Positions 38,433 through 51,636 of a stretch of DNA of 64,000 nt are shown piece after piece. Both the position numbers and the translations under genes were made by a program. Source of the stretch: an uncultured Actinomycetes bacterium (GTDB lineage Bacteria; Actinomycetota; UBA4738; HRBIN12). Every line of letters starts with the position of its first letter. Position 1 is the first letter of the stretch. Under the pieces are notes generated by a model. That model did not search any database, was not told where the DNA came from, and worked only from the letters and a program-made list of their open reading frames with translations. Location: positions 74,065 to 138,064 of the forward strand of contig CAWGFO010000010.1 in NCBI GenBank assembly GCA_963821925.1, written 5' to 3'.

Positions 38433-38631
38433 ATGCCGGGACGCGACCAAGGGGAAGCGTGGAGGGGTGCGAACCAGGCCTGGAGCGCGATCGGCACCAT
38501 GCTCGCCGGCATCGTCGTGTGGGGAGGGGTCGGTTGGCTCCTGGACCGTTGGCTCGGCTTCGACGGGCTGTTCCTCCCGATCGGGATGGTGCTCGGTGTG
38601 AGCGTGGCGATCTGGTTGATCTACCTCCGAT

Positions 38632-38651
<20 letters not shown>
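38433..38651 (+). CDS. AtpZ-like small membrane protein (ATP synthase operon-associated)
   Basis: 72 aa with two TM helices (AIGTMLAGIVVWGGVGWLL / LFLPIGMVLGVSVAIWLIYL). It sits where actinobacterial atp operons place this small protein (Rv1303-like). Confidence 0.5.
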
Positions 38652-40181
<1,530 letters not shown>

Positions 40182-40192
40182 GGAGGCCCGGC

Positions 40193-40732
40193 ATGCTGCA
40201 CGTAGTGCTGCTGGCCGCGGAGGAGAAGAACCCGATCCTCCCGGACATCGCCGAGCTGATCTACGGCACGCTCGCGTTCCTGATCGTGTTCGGGCTGCTG
40301 GCGAAGTTCGCCTTCCCGGCCTTGAACACGATGCTCGCCGAGCGCACCGCCAAGATCCAGGGCGAGATGGAGAAGGCCGAGGCCACCCGACAGGAGGCCG
40401 ACGCCCTGCTCGCCGAGTACCGCCAGAACCTGGCCGGCGCTCGGGACGAGTCGAACCGGATCATCGAGGAGTCCCGCAAGACCGCGGAGCAGCTCCGGCG
40501 CGACGTCCAGGCCAAGGCCGAGGAGGAGTCGCAGGCCACGGTGGCCCGCGCCCAGGAGGAGATCCGCGCCGAGCGCGACCGGGTCTTCGCCGAGCTCCGC
40601 GGCCAGGTCGGCGACATCGCCGTCGAGCTCGCCGGCCGTGTCGTGGGTGAGTCCCTCGACAAGTCGGCGCACGAGCGCCTGATCGACGAGTACATCGACC
40701 AGGTCGCTTCGGGCGGGAACGGGCAGAACTGA
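40193..40732 (+). CDS. atpF: F0F1 ATP synthase subunit b
   Basis: Single N-terminal TM helix and a long charged coiled coil. Confidence 0.9.
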   Translation: MLHVVLLAAEEKNPILPDIAELIYGTLAFLIVFGLLAKFAFPALNTMLAERTAKIQGEMEKAEATRQEADALLAEYRQNLAGARDESNRIIEESRKTAEQLRRDVQAKAEEESQATVARAQEEIRAERDRVFAELRGQVGDIAVELAGRVVGESLDKSAHERLIDEYIDQVASGGNGQN

Positions 40733-40733
40733 C

Positions 40734-41276
40734 ATGGCGTTCACGGACGACGCGATCCGCGGCTATGCCGAGGCGTTCGCGGCGGTGGCCGAGGCGGAGG
40801 GCGTGCTCGACAAGGTCGAGGACGAGCTCTTCGCGTTCGGCAAGGCGCTCGAGCAGCGGTCCGAGCTGCGCGAGGCGCTGACCGATGCCGCGATCCCGGC
40901 CGAGAACCGCAAGGCCGTCGTGCGCGAGATCCTGAACGACCGGGCCCACGACGTCACCGTGAACCTGATCGGGTTCGCGGTCGAGTCCGGGCACGCCCGG
41001 GACCTGGGCAAGATCGTCGCCACGGTGAGCGCGATCGCGGCCGAGCGCCGCGAGCATCAGCTCGCCGAGGTCCGCAGCGCCGTGCCGCTCGACGAGTCCC
41101 AGCGGGCCCGGCTCGCTGCGGCCCTGTCGACGGCGACGGGCCGGTCGATCGAGGTCAAGGTCGTCGTCGACCCCACGGTCGTGGGCGGCGTGGTGGCCCG
41201 GGTGGGCGACGAGGTGTTCGACGGCTCGATCGCGAGCCGTCTGGACGACGCGAAGCAGCAACTAGGGAGCGTGTGA
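40734..41276 (+). CDS. atpH: F0F1 ATP synthase subunit delta (not fused to b)
   Basis: OSCP/delta family, 180 aa, positioned between atpF and atpA. Confidence 0.85.
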   Translation: MAFTDDAIRGYAEAFAAVAEAEGVLDKVEDELFAFGKALEQRSELREALTDAAIPAENRKAVVREILNDRAHDVTVNLIGFAVESGHARDLGKIVATVSAIAAERREHQLAEVRSAVPLDESQRARLAAALSTATGRSIEVKVVVDPTVVGGVVARVGDEVFDGSIASRLDDAKQQLGSV

Positions 41277-41280
41277 CGAG

Positions 41281-43005
41281 ATGGCACTGAACATCGACCC
41301 CGCGAGCATCGCGGAGGCGCTCCGGAAGAACGTCGAGAGCTGGTCGCCCAGCGTCGAGCGCGAAGAGGTCGGTCGCGTGATCGAGACCGGGGACGGGATC
41401 GCGCGCGTGTCGGGCCTGCCGCGCGCGATGGCGAACGAGCTCCTGGAGTTCTCCGGCGGCGTGCTCGGCCTCGCCTTCAACCTGGACGAGGCCGAGATCG
41501 GCTGCATCATCCTCGGCGAGTCCTCGCACATCGAGGAGGGCGACCCGGTCAAGCAGACCGGCCGGATCCTCTCGATCCCGGTCGGCGACGGGTTCCTCGG
41601 CCGCGTGGTGGACGCCCTCGGGCGCCCGCTCGACGGCAAGGGCGCGATCGCCGCCACCGAGCGACGCAACCTCGAGGTGCAGGCCGCGAACGTGGTGAGC
41701 CGCCAAGGGGTGAAGGAACCGCTGTACACGGGCATCACGGCGATCGACGCGATGACGGCGATCGGGCGCGGCCAGCGCCAGCTGATCATCGGCGACCGCC
41801 AGACCGGCAAGACCGCCGTCGCGGTCGACGCGATCATCGCGCAACGCGAGCTGTGGGGCACCGAGCACCAGGTCAAGTGCATCTACGTCGCGATCGGCCA
41901 GAAGGCGTCGACCGTCGCCGAGGTGGTCGAGACGCTCCGCGAGAACGGCGCGCTCGAGTACACGACGATCGTGAACGCGTCGGCCTCCGACCCCGCGCCG
42001 TTCCAGTACCTCGCCCCCTACGCGGGAGCGGCCCTGGGCGCGCACTGGATGTACAAGGGCGAGTCCTCGCTGATCGTGTACGACGACCTGTCGAAGCAGG
42101 CCACGGCTTACCGGACGCTGTCGCTCCTCCTCCGGCGTCCTCCGGGCCGCGAGGCGTTCCCCGGCGACGTGTTCTACCTGCACTCGCGCCTGCTGGAGCG
42201 CGCGGCCAAGCTCTCCGATGAACTCGGGGGCGGGTCCCTGACGGCGCTGCCGATCATCGAGACCAAGGGCGGCGACGTCTCGGCCTACATCCCGACGAAC
42301 GTGATCTCGATCACGGACGGCCAGATCTACCTGGAGCCCGAGTTGTTCTTCTCGGGCGTTCGTCCGGCGATCAACGTCGGCATCTCCGTGTCACGGGTCG
42401 GCGGGAACGCGCAGGTCAAGGCGATGAAGAAGGTCGCCGGACGTCTGCGGATCGACCTGGCCCAGTACCGCGCGCTCGAGGCGTTCGCGCAGTTCGGCTC
42501 CGAACTCGACAAGGCGTCGCAGCAGCAGCTCGCGCGCGGCGCCCGGGTGATCGAGGTCCTGAAGCAGCCGCAGTACCAGCCGCTCGCGGTCGAGAAGCAG
42601 GTCGTCTACGTGTACGCGGCCACGACGGGGGTGCTCGACGACTACCCGGTCGAAGACGCGAAGCGGTTCGTGGTCGGGCTCGGCGAGTTCCTCGACACGC
42701 GGAACCCGGAGATCCTGTCCGCGATCCGGACCTCGGGCGACCTGTCCGACGACACGACCGCCGCGCTCGACGCCGCGATCGAGGCGTACGCCGCGACGTT
42801 CGTGCCGACCGAAACGGGGCCCGGCTCCGAGGCCGCGCTCGGCGTGACCACGCCACCCGACGAGCTCAAGCCCGACGTGGGCTGGGACCGCCTGTCGTCG
42901 GACGAGCAGCCCCCGGGGCACGTCCCGACGCGCGAGGAAGCCCGAGAGGAGTACGAGGAGAAGGCGGGGCCGGCCGGTTCGGCCGACGCGCCCTTCCCCG
43001 GGTAA
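41281..43005 (+). CDS. atpA: F0F1 ATP synthase subunit alpha with an extended C-terminus
   Basis: GDRQTGKT Walker-A and a complete alpha core, plus about 60 extra acidic/proline-rich C-terminal residues (574 aa total). Confidence 0.95.
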   Translation: MALNIDPASIAEALRKNVESWSPSVEREEVGRVIETGDGIARVSGLPRAMANELLEFSGGVLGLAFNLDEAEIGCIILGESSHIEEGDPVKQTGRILSIPVGDGFLGRVVDALGRPLDGKGAIAATERRNLEVQAANVVSRQGVKEPLYTGITAIDAMTAIGRGQRQLIIGDRQTGKTAVAVDAIIAQRELWGTEHQVKCIYVAIGQKASTVAEVVETLRENGALEYTTIVNASASDPAPFQYLAPYAGAALGAHWMYKGESSLIVYDDLSKQATAYRTLSLLLRRPPGREAFPGDVFYLHSRLLERAAKLSDELGGGSLTALPIIETKGGDVSAYIPTNVISITDGQIYLEPELFFSGVRPAINVGISVSRVGGNAQVKAMKKVAGRLRIDLAQYRALEAFAQFGSELDKASQQQLARGARVIEVLKQPQYQPLAVEKQVVYVYAATTGVLDDYPVEDAKRFVVGLGEFLDTRNPEILSAIRTSGDLSDDTTAALDAAIEAYAATFVPTETGPGSEAALGVTTPPDELKPDVGWDRLSSDEQPPGHVPTREEAREEYEEKAGPAGSADAPFPG

Positions 43006-43008
43006 CCC

Positions 43009-43899
43009 ATGGGCGCCAAGATCCGCGTCGTCCGTCGGAGGATCCGCTCGGTCCAGTCGACGATGAAGATCACGCGAGCGATGGAGCTGATCGCCTCCTC
43101 GCGCATCGTCAAGGCCCAGAAGCGGGTCGAGCAGGCGCGCCCCTACGCGCTCCAGCTCACCGCCGCGATGGAGGACGTGGCCCGTCACACGGGATCGCAC
43201 GCGCACCCGCTGCTGGAGGCGCGTCCCGACCCGGCCGCGGTGGGCGTGTTCGTCGCGACGTCGGATCGCGGGCTCGCGGGCTCCTACAACTCGAACGTGC
43301 TGAAGGTGGCCGAGGGACTGATCGCGGACGTCCGACGTCGCGGCCTCGAGCCCGTCGTCTACGTGAGCGGCAAGAAGGGCGTCGGGTACTTCCGCTTCCG
43401 CGGTGTGCCGATCCGCGCCGACTGGCAGGGCCACAGCGAGGTGCCGGCGTACGAGATCGCCGAGGAGATCGGTCATCGGCTGATCGACGACTTCGCCGCC
43501 CGCGAGATCGACGAGCTGCACTGCGCCTACACGGACTTCCGGTCGGCGTTCACGCTGCGGGCGACCTCGAAGCGGTTCCTGCCCGTCGCGCACAACGAGG
43601 TGAACGGGCCCGGCAGCGGGATCCATGCCGAGTACCTGTTCGAGCCCGATCCGGTGCAGATCCTGGAACACCTGCTGCCGCAGTACGTGATCACGAAGGT
43701 CTATGCCGCTCTCCTGGAGTCGGCGGCATCGGAGAACGCGGCGCGGCGGCGCGCGATGAAGGCCGCCACCGAGAACGCTGAGGAGATCATCAAGGTCCTC
43801 ACCCGGCAGGCGAACCGCGCCCGCCAGGACGAGATCACCACCGAGATCATGGAGATCGTCGGCGGGGCCGAGGCCCTGTCGGGCGCATCAGGGGAGTGA
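43009..43899 (+). CDS. atpG: F0F1 ATP synthase subunit gamma
   Basis: IRVVRRRIRSVQSTMKITRAMELIA N-terminal helix and ITTEIMEIVGGAEAL C-terminus. Confidence 0.95.
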   Translation: MGAKIRVVRRRIRSVQSTMKITRAMELIASSRIVKAQKRVEQARPYALQLTAAMEDVARHTGSHAHPLLEARPDPAAVGVFVATSDRGLAGSYNSNVLKVAEGLIADVRRRGLEPVVYVSGKKGVGYFRFRGVPIRADWQGHSEVPAYEIAEEIGHRLIDDFAAREIDELHCAYTDFRSAFTLRATSKRFLPVAHNEVNGPGSGIHAEYLFEPDPVQILEHLLPQYVITKVYAALLESAASENAARRRAMKAATENAEEIIKVLTRQANRARQDEITTEIMEIVGGAEALSGASGE

Positions 43900-45330
<1,431 letters not shown>

Positions 45331-45714
45331 GTGCCGGTCGAGGTCCACCTCGTCACGCCCGAGCGTGAGGTCTGGGTCGGTGAGGCCGCGCAGGTCACCG
45401 CGCGTGGCGTCGACGGCGACGTCGGCATCCTCGTCGGCCATGCGCCGCTCCTGGTGCAGCTCGCGATCGGGCCGCTGTACATCCTCCGTGAGGGTCAGCC
45501 CGAGCTCGCCGCGGTGATCGACGGCGGCTTCATGCACGTGGCCTCGCGCGACGGGGTCACCCGCGTCGACGTGATGGCTACGCACGCCGAGCTCGCCTCC
45601 GAGATCGATCTCGAGGCGGCCCGGCGGCGGCTCGAGGCGGCCCAGCAGCGCTCCGACAAGGCGGCGGACCTCGAGATAGCGAAGGCCACCGCGCGGATCG
45701 GCCTGCTCGGCTGA
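45331..45714 (+). CDS. atpC: F0F1 ATP synthase subunit epsilon
   Basis: Its GTG directly follows the atpD stop. 127 aa with a beta-sandwich and a helical hairpin. Confidence 0.9.
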   Translation: MPVEVHLVTPEREVWVGEAAQVTARGVDGDVGILVGHAPLLVQLAIGPLYILREGQPELAAVIDGGFMHVASRDGVTRVDVMATHAELASEIDLEAARRRLEAAQQRSDKAADLEIAKATARIGLLG

Positions 45715-45766
45715 TCCGCGGCCGCTCAGGCCCCCACGACGTCCCCGCCCCTACACTGGACCCCCC

Positions 45767-47038
45767 ATGGACCGACTCCTCGTCACCGGCGGTGCCCGCC
45801 TCGCCGGCACGATCCGCGCCTCGGGCGCCAAGAACTCCGCCCTGAAGCTGATGGCAGCGGCGCTCCTCGCGCCCGGGCGCACGGTGCTGCACAACGTGCC
45901 CAGGATCCAGGACTGCATGCTGATGGGCGAGGTGCTCGAGCATCTGGGCGCGGGCGTCGCGTGGTCGGACGGCTCTGTCACGATCGACGCGGTCGAGCTG
46001 CGATCGGTCGAGGCGCCCTACGACCTGGTGCGGCAGATGCGGGCCTCGATCGTCGTGCTCGGGCCGCTCCTCGCGCGCGCGGGTCGTGCCGAAGTCGCGA
46101 TGCCCGGCGGCGACAACATCGGGTCTCGCCCGATCGATCTCCACATCAGCGGCCTGCAGAAGATGGGCGCCGAGATCCGGGCCGAGCACGGGTTCCTGTA
46201 CGCCGAGACCGACGGCCTGCGCGGCGCGTCGATCACGCTCGACTATCCCAGCGTGGGCGCGACCGAGAACCTGATGATGGCCGCGGTCGCCGCCAAGGGC
46301 ACCACCGTGCTCGACAACGCCGCACGCGAGCCCGAGATCGCCGATCTCGCGGATTTCCTCAACGAGATGGGCGCGCGGATCGAGGGCGCGGGGTCGAGCA
46401 CGGTCGAGGTTCACGGCGTGGACGCGTTCGCACCCGCCGAGCACCGCGTGATCGCGGATCGGATCGAGACGGGCACGTGGGCGGCGGCCGCCGTGGCCAC
46501 CCGGGGCGACGTCACGATCGCCGAGGCGCGCCCCGACCACCTGGAGATCCTCCTCGCGAAGCTCTCCGACGCCGGGGCACGGGTGGACCTCACGGAGGCG
46601 GGGCTGCGGATCCGGCAGGAGGGCCGGCCGGGGGCGGTCGACTTCGTCACGCTGCCGTACCCGGGGGTGGCGACCGACTTCCAGCCGATCCTGATGGCGG
46701 CGCTCGCCGTGGCTGAGGGCACGAGCATCGCCACCGAGAACGTGTTCGAGAGCCGGTTCCTCTACGTCGACGAGCTGCGCCGGATGGGCGCCGATATCCG
46801 CACGGAAGGCCACCACGCCGTGATCCGCGGGGTCGAGCGGCTCTCGGCCGCTCCCGTGAACGCGCTCGACATCCGGGCCGGGGCCGCGATGGTGATCGCC
46901 GGCCTCTGCGCGGACGGCGTGACGGAAGTGTCCGACCTGCACCACCTCGATCGCGGGTACGAGGACTTCGAGGCCAAGCTCGGTGCGCTCGGCGCGGTCG
47001 TGCGCCGCGAGCGCGTCGTCGCGCTCGGCGACCGCTGA
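45767..47038 (+). CDS. murA: UDP-N-acetylglucosamine 1-carboxyvinyltransferase with Asp at the fosfomycin-target position
   Basis: Full-length MurA. Active-site loop [15 protein letters not shown], where E. coli has LPGGCAIGARPVDLH. Confidence 0.95.
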   Translation: MDRLLVTGGARLAGTIRASGAKNSALKLMAAALLAPGRTVLHNVPRIQDCMLMGEVLEHLGAGVAWSDGSVTIDAVELRSVEAPYDLVRQMRASIVVLGPLLARAGRAEVAMPGGDNIGSRPIDLHISGLQKMGAEIRAEHGFLYAETDGLRGASITLDYPSVGATENLMMAAVAAKGTTVLDNAAREPEIADLADFLNEMGARIEGAGSSTVEVHGVDAFAPAEHRVIADRIETGTWAAAAVATRGDVTIAEARPDHLEILLAKLSDAGARVDLTEAGLRIRQEGRPGAVDFVTLPYPGVATDFQPILMAALAVAEGTSIATENVFESRFLYVDELRRMGADIRTEGHHAVIRGVERLSAAPVNALDIRAGAAMVIAGLCADGVTEVSDLHHLDRGYEDFEAKLGALGAVVRRERVVALGDR

Positions 47039-47065
47039 TGCCGTTGCGCCGGCCAGCCGGGATGA

Positions 47066-47876
47066 TGTGACGACGATGATGCCGCAACCGCCCCCCCGCC
47101 CGGACCTCGACGCGATGCCGTTCGGCGCGACCGCCGTCGACGAGCTCCGCCCGTCCGTCACGTGGTCCGTCTGGGAAGCCGTGCTCGCCTACGTCGTCGT
47201 GGGCATCGTGCTCGCGCAGGCGATCGTGGGTGGCGTGCTCGTCGCGGTCTTCTCGATCGACCTCACGACCGGCGCGGCGGACGGGCCTGCCGTCGCGCTC
47301 ACGATCGCGGTCGACCTCGTGACGGTCGTCGGTCTGGCCGCGTGGCTGCAGCGGCGGCATCCGGGCTGGTTGCGGACCCTCTGGATCCCTCCGGTCGGCG
47401 CCCGGTTCCGGGCGTTGGCCGCCGGGTACGGGCTGGGGATCGTGCTGTACGTCGTCGTCGCGCTGATCGTCGGCGCCGTGCTGACGCTCCTGTTCCGCGC
47501 GATGTTCGGGGAGGACGTGACGGCGCCCGAGCAGCTCTCGTCGAACCTGTCGGTCCTCGGGAAGATCGGGGCGGCGATCCTGGCGATCGTGGTGGCGCCG
47601 ATCACCGAGGAGTTCTTCTTCCGCGGGATGCTGTTCCGCAGCGTCCGGGACCGTTGGGGGTTCTGGGCGGGCGCGCTCTCGTCGTCGCTGCTCTTCGGGC
47701 TCGCGCACTACGTGGCCTCGCCGTGGCGCGACGCGCTGCTGCTGCAGGCCGTGATGGTCTTCACGGGTCTCGGGCTCTGCTGGATCTACGAGCGCCGGGG
47801 CACGATCGTGGCCAACATCGGCGCCCACATGGCCTTCAACACGATCGGGCTGTTGCTGATCCTGTCCGTGCGCTGA
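47066..47876 (+). CDS. CPBP-family (CAAX protease-like) intramembrane metalloprotease
   Basis: ITEEFFFRGMLF (EExxxR) and FGLAHY (FxxxH) motifs in a polytopic protein. Confidence 0.7.
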
Positions 47877-47894
47877 GGGTCTCCTCGCGCCCGT

Positions 47895-48344
47895 ATGCTG
47901 GGCGCGACGAGGAGGTTCCACGCCGTGCCGACGTTCCCGACCGACCCCTGGTTCCAGGATCTGATCGCGCAGATCAACGCCTCCTCCGACTACCTGGAGG
48001 CCGCCGCCACCTGGGAGGGCGACATCTCGTTCCTCGTGGAGGCCGAGCCCGACAAGGGGATCGCCGAGGACGTCTGGGGCCTCCTGGACCTGTGGCACGG
48101 GGCCTGCCGCGGCGGTGGGGTGGTCGACGAGCCGCGCGGCCGGGCGTCCGCGTACGTGATCGCCGCCCCCTATTCCCGCTGGAAGGAAGTCGTGCTGGGT
48201 GATCTCGACCCGGTCCGCGCGATGATGCAGGGCAAGCTCCGCGTGCAGGGCGACCTGCCCACGATCGTGCGCTACGTGCGTGCCGCGAACGAGCTCGTGA
48301 ACCTGTGCGGCGAGGTCGAGACGACCTTCCCCGACGAGGGCTGA
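47895..48344 (+). CDS. SCP2 sterol-carrier-like domain protein
   Basis: About 150 aa with the SCP2 C-terminal signature (MMQGKLRVQGDLPTIVRYV). Confidence 0.6.
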   Translation: MLGATRRFHAVPTFPTDPWFQDLIAQINASSDYLEAAATWEGDISFLVEAEPDKGIAEDVWGLLDLWHGACRGGGVVDEPRGRASAYVIAAPYSRWKEVVLGDLDPVRAMMQGKLRVQGDLPTIVRYVRAANELVNLCGEVETTFPDEG

Positions 48345-48347
48345 CGC

Positions 48348-49388
48348 GTGCGGGCCGTCGTGTTCGAGGACGCCGGCGTGGTCCGGGTCGCCGACGTACC
48401 TGACCCGACGGTGGTCGATCCCGGCGACGCGGTCGTGCGCGTGACGCGGTCGGCGATCTGCGGCTCGGATCTGCACTTCTACCACCTGAAGGCGCCGGTG
48501 GCGCCGGGCGACGTCCTCGGCCACGAGGCCGTCGGGGTGGTCGAGTCGGTCGGCGACGGCGTGACCTCGGTGGCGCCCGGCGACCGGGTGATCGTCGCCT
48601 TCGACATCGCGTGCGGGTCGTGCTGGTTCTGCCGGCGCGGCGAGACGCAGCTCTGCGACGAGGCCGCCGCGCTCGGAGCGGGGACCTTCGGCGGCGATCT
48701 CCCCGGCGCGCAGGCCGAGCGCGTGCGCGTGCCGTTCGCCGACGTGAACCTGCTCCGCGTCCCCGATGGGCTCGACGACGAGCGCGCGCTGTTCGTCGGC
48801 GACGTGCTGACGACGGGCTACTACGCCGCCTCGATCGCCGGGATCGGCCCGGACGAGACCGTGGCCGTGGTCGGCATGGGTCCGGTCGGGTTCTTCGCGG
48901 CGCAGGCGGCCCGCGCGCTCGGGGCGAAGGCCGTGCACGCGCTCGACCTCGACCCCGAGCGCCTCGCGCTCGCCGAGCGCGTCGGCGCGATCCCGGTCGA
49001 CGTCACGGCGCGGCACCCGGCCACGGCGCTCGCCGAGGCCACCGACGGGCGCGGCGCCGACGTCGTGATCGAGGCGGTGGGGTCGCCGTCCGCGTTCGAG
49101 TCGGCCGTGAACGTCGTCCGCCGGGGCGGCCGCGTCGTGGTCGTGGGCGTGTACGCCGGCGAGACCGTGGAGGTCCAGCTGGGCGTGTACTGGGCCCGCG
49201 CGCTGGAGCTTCGGTTCGTGGGCCTGTGTCCGGTGCACGCGTGGTGGGAGCGGGCGCTCGCCGAGGTGGTCGCCGGCACGATCGATCCCACCCCGTTGAT
49301 CAGCCACCGCCTGCCCCTCGAGGACGCGCCGCACGGGTACGAGCTCTTCGATCGCCGGGAGGCGACGAAGGTGGTCCTCATCCCGTGA
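48348..49388 (+). CDS. Zinc-dependent alcohol dehydrogenase (MDR family)
   Basis: CGSDLH...GHEAVG catalytic-zinc ligands, structural-zinc CxxCxxCxxxxxxxC (CGSCWFCRRGETQLC), and GMGPVG Rossmann motif. Confidence 0.85.
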   Translation: MRAVVFEDAGVVRVADVPDPTVVDPGDAVVRVTRSAICGSDLHFYHLKAPVAPGDVLGHEAVGVVESVGDGVTSVAPGDRVIVAFDIACGSCWFCRRGETQLCDEAAALGAGTFGGDLPGAQAERVRVPFADVNLLRVPDGLDDERALFVGDVLTTGYYAASIAGIGPDETVAVVGMGPVGFFAAQAARALGAKAVHALDLDPERLALAERVGAIPVDVTARHPATALAEATDGRGADVVIEAVGSPSAFESAVNVVRRGGRVVVVGVYAGETVEVQLGVYWARALELRFVGLCPVHAWWERALAEVVAGTIDPTPLISHRLPLEDAPHGYELFDRREATKVVLIP

Positions 49389-49825
49389 CGGAGGCGGGGG
49401 GCGGGGCCGGCCGGGCGCCGCAGGTCCGTTTCGTCGACGCCGAGCCGAACGGTCTCGCCTCGATGGTCGGCGGCCTGATCGAGCAGAACCTGGCCCGGGA
49501 CCGTTCACGGGCGCGGCTGCTCACCGGCGGAGCGGCCACCCTGGTCGCGCGCGACGCCGGGGTCCAGGTGACCCTCACGCTTGGGCCGCGCGAGGTCGTG
49601 GTCGCGAACGGGGCCGATCCCGCCGCCGACCTGGTCGTGACGGCGGCATCGGGCCGGCTGCTCGCGCTCGCGGGCGCCCCGCTCCGGCTCGGCCTGCCCG
49701 ACGGGCTCACCGCCGAGGGCCGTGCCGTGCTGCGGGACCTGGCCGCCGGGCGCGTCAGGATCGAGGGCATGGGCACCCACCCGGGGCTCCTGCGGCGGCT
49801 TACGATGCTGCTCTCCGCGCACTAG
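49385..49825 (+). CDS. SCP2-like domain protein (second copy)
   Basis: 146 aa. Its GTG overlaps the ADH stop. It resembles the upstream SCP2 protein in size and in its ...RVRIEGMGTHPGLLRRL C-terminal pattern. Confidence 0.5.
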   Translation: MTEAGGGAGRAPQVRFVDAEPNGLASMVGGLIEQNLARDRSRARLLTGGAATLVARDAGVQVTLTLGPREVVVANGADPAADLVVTAASGRLLALAGAPLRLGLPDGLTAEGRAVLRDLAAGRVRIEGMGTHPGLLRRLTMLLSAH

Positions 49826-49833
49826 AGGGGCTC

Positions 49834-50434
49834 GTGGACGCGTCGATCGACACCGTGCCACCCCGTCGGCCCGACGAGGCCGCACCGCTCGAGCCGGCCC
49901 ACCGCTGGATCGCGCCGCTCGTCGTCCTGCTCGTGATCGTGGCGGTGGTGGCGGGAGGGTACGTGGTCTTACGCGGTGCTCGCGGAGCCCGCCGGGCCGC
50001 CGGTCGGCGTCGAGGGCGTGGTCTCGATCCAGCCGCTCTCGGGATGGGAGGTCGCCGGCCAGGGGCGGTCCGACGGCCACGCCTACACGCGACTGTCCCG
50101 GGGAAGCGGCACCCTCGACGTCGTGGCCTGGGGGTCGGCGAGTGACGCCGAAACCCTCGCCACGGACTACCGCTCGGTGCTGCAGTCGCAGCTCTCGCAG
50201 CTGCAGGTCTCCGACGACCTCGAGCCCGTGGTGCTGAAGGACGGCACGGCCGGGGTCCGCTTCCGGTACGTGGGCGTCGTGGCCGATACCGGGGCCACGG
50301 TCGAAGGGGTCGTGACGTGCGTCGTCACGCCCGACGGACAGGGGGTCGTCTTCGACGGGTGGGCGCCCGAGGGCATGCTCTCGTTCGTCGACGGCGACCT
50401 CGAGACGATGGTCGACCGGGCGGTGATCGGCTGA
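49834..50434 (+). CDS. Hypothetical membrane-anchored protein; two overlapping frames suggest a frame disruption near 49970
   Basis: The GTG-started frame encodes a signal-anchor helix (IAPLVVLLVIVAVVAGGYVV) and then degenerates into R/G-rich junk. The +1 frame continues from the same point as a plausible soluble domain (LAEPAGPPVGVEGVVSIQPLSGW...) that ends one nucleotide before the prsW ATG. Confidence 0.35.
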
Positions 50435-51636
50435 TGGCGCTGGCCGCCCGCCGCCGCCCGTTCCACCACGCGCGCTTCCTGCAGCCACGGCTCCCGGCGT
50501 TCTGGCTCTACCTGGTGTTGCTCGTGGCCACCGGCGTCGTGGCCGTGGCGCAGGAGGCGGTCTTCCGCGACGCCTCTCCCGGCGGGTTCGCGCTCTCCTG
50601 GCTGCTGCTGGCCGTCTACGCGCTGCCGGTCTTCTTCCTGGTCTACCTCCTGGACCTGTACGAACGGGAGCCGCTCTCGTTGATGGTGGCCGCGTTCCTG
50701 TGGGGGGCGATCGTCGCCACGACGCTGTCGGCGATCGCGAACGGCGGCTGGGGGCTCGTCGTCGCCCGGGTCGGCGGGCCGGAGTTCGCCGCGCGCTGGA
50801 CGGCTGCGCTCACCGCCCCGTTCGTCGAGGAGACGATCAAGGGCCTCGGCGTCGTGATGATCTACCTGATCGCGCGCGACGAGTTCGACGACGTGATGGA
50901 CGGGTTCGTGTACGGGGCCGTCTGCGGGCTCGGGTTCGCGATCGTCGAGGACGTCGTGTACTTCGCGGTGGTCTTCGGCGGCGGGATCGGCGGCGTGTTG
51001 CAGGGCTTCTTCCTGCGGGTGGTCGCGAGCGGGCTGTACTCACATGTGCTCTACACGGGGATCGTGGGGATGGCGGTGGGGATCGTGGTCTCGCGGCGCT
51101 CGTCCGCCACGCTCGGCCGCCGGCTCCTGCAGGCCGCCGGGCTCTGCGCCGTGGCGGTGTTCGCGCACGTCCTGTGGAACTCGCCCGTGCTCGACCTGTT
51201 CCCCGCCGAGCCGTGGACCGGGACCGACTGGCTGCTGATCCCGGTGGCCACCGCGGTGAAGGGTCTGCCGTTGCTCGTGTTCGTCGCGATCGCGGTCGTC
51301 CTCGCACGCCGGCGGGAGCGCCGATGGCTGCACGACGCGCTCGCGACCGAGGTTGGGGGCGACGGGATCTCGGCCGAGGAGCTCCGCCTGCTGGAGGTCC
51401 CGGGTCTGCGGCGCGGGGCCCGGCGGACGATGCGCCGGCGGGCGGGCTCGCGCGCGGCCTCGCTGCTGCACCGGCTCCAGCGCGAGCAGGTGAACCTCGC
51501 GATGGTGGCCTCCCGCGCGGTCGACCCGGCCGACCCGGCGCTCGCCCAGCAGCGCGCGCTCTGCCGGTCACTCCGCGACGCGCTCCGCGCGATCCCCGGG
51601 GCGGCGCCGGCCGAGACGACCGGTGTCGCCGGGTAG
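50434..51636 (+). CDS. PrsW-family intramembrane metalloprotease
   Basis: Polytopic, with FVEETIKG (EExxK) and HVLYTG motifs, and a C-terminal cytoplasmic tail. Confidence 0.7.
   Translation: MALAARRRPFHHARFLQPRLPAFWLYLVLLVATGVVAVAQEAVFRDASPGGFALSWLLLAVYALPVFFLVYLLDLYEREPLSLMVAAFLWGAIVATTLSAIANGGWGLVVARVGGPEFAARWTAALTAPFVEETIKGLGVVMIYLIARDEFDDVMDGFVYGAVCGLGFAIVEDVVYFAVVFGGGIGGVLQGFFLRVVASGLYSHVLYTGIVGMAVGIVVSRRSSATLGRRLLQAAGLCAVAVFAHVLWNSPVLDLFPAEPWTGTDWLLIPVATAVKGLPLLVFVAIAVVLARRRERRWLHDALATEVGGDGISAEELRLLEVPGLRRGARRTMRRRAGSRAASLLHRLQREQVNLAMVASRAVDPADPALAQQRALCRSLRDALRAIPGAAPAETTGVAG

Noticed and set aside
46647-49508. 953-aa minus-strand ORF opposite murA, the CPBP protease, the SCP2 genes and ADH
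   Set aside because: Antisense to five supported genes, with R/G/P/H-rich low-complexity translation.
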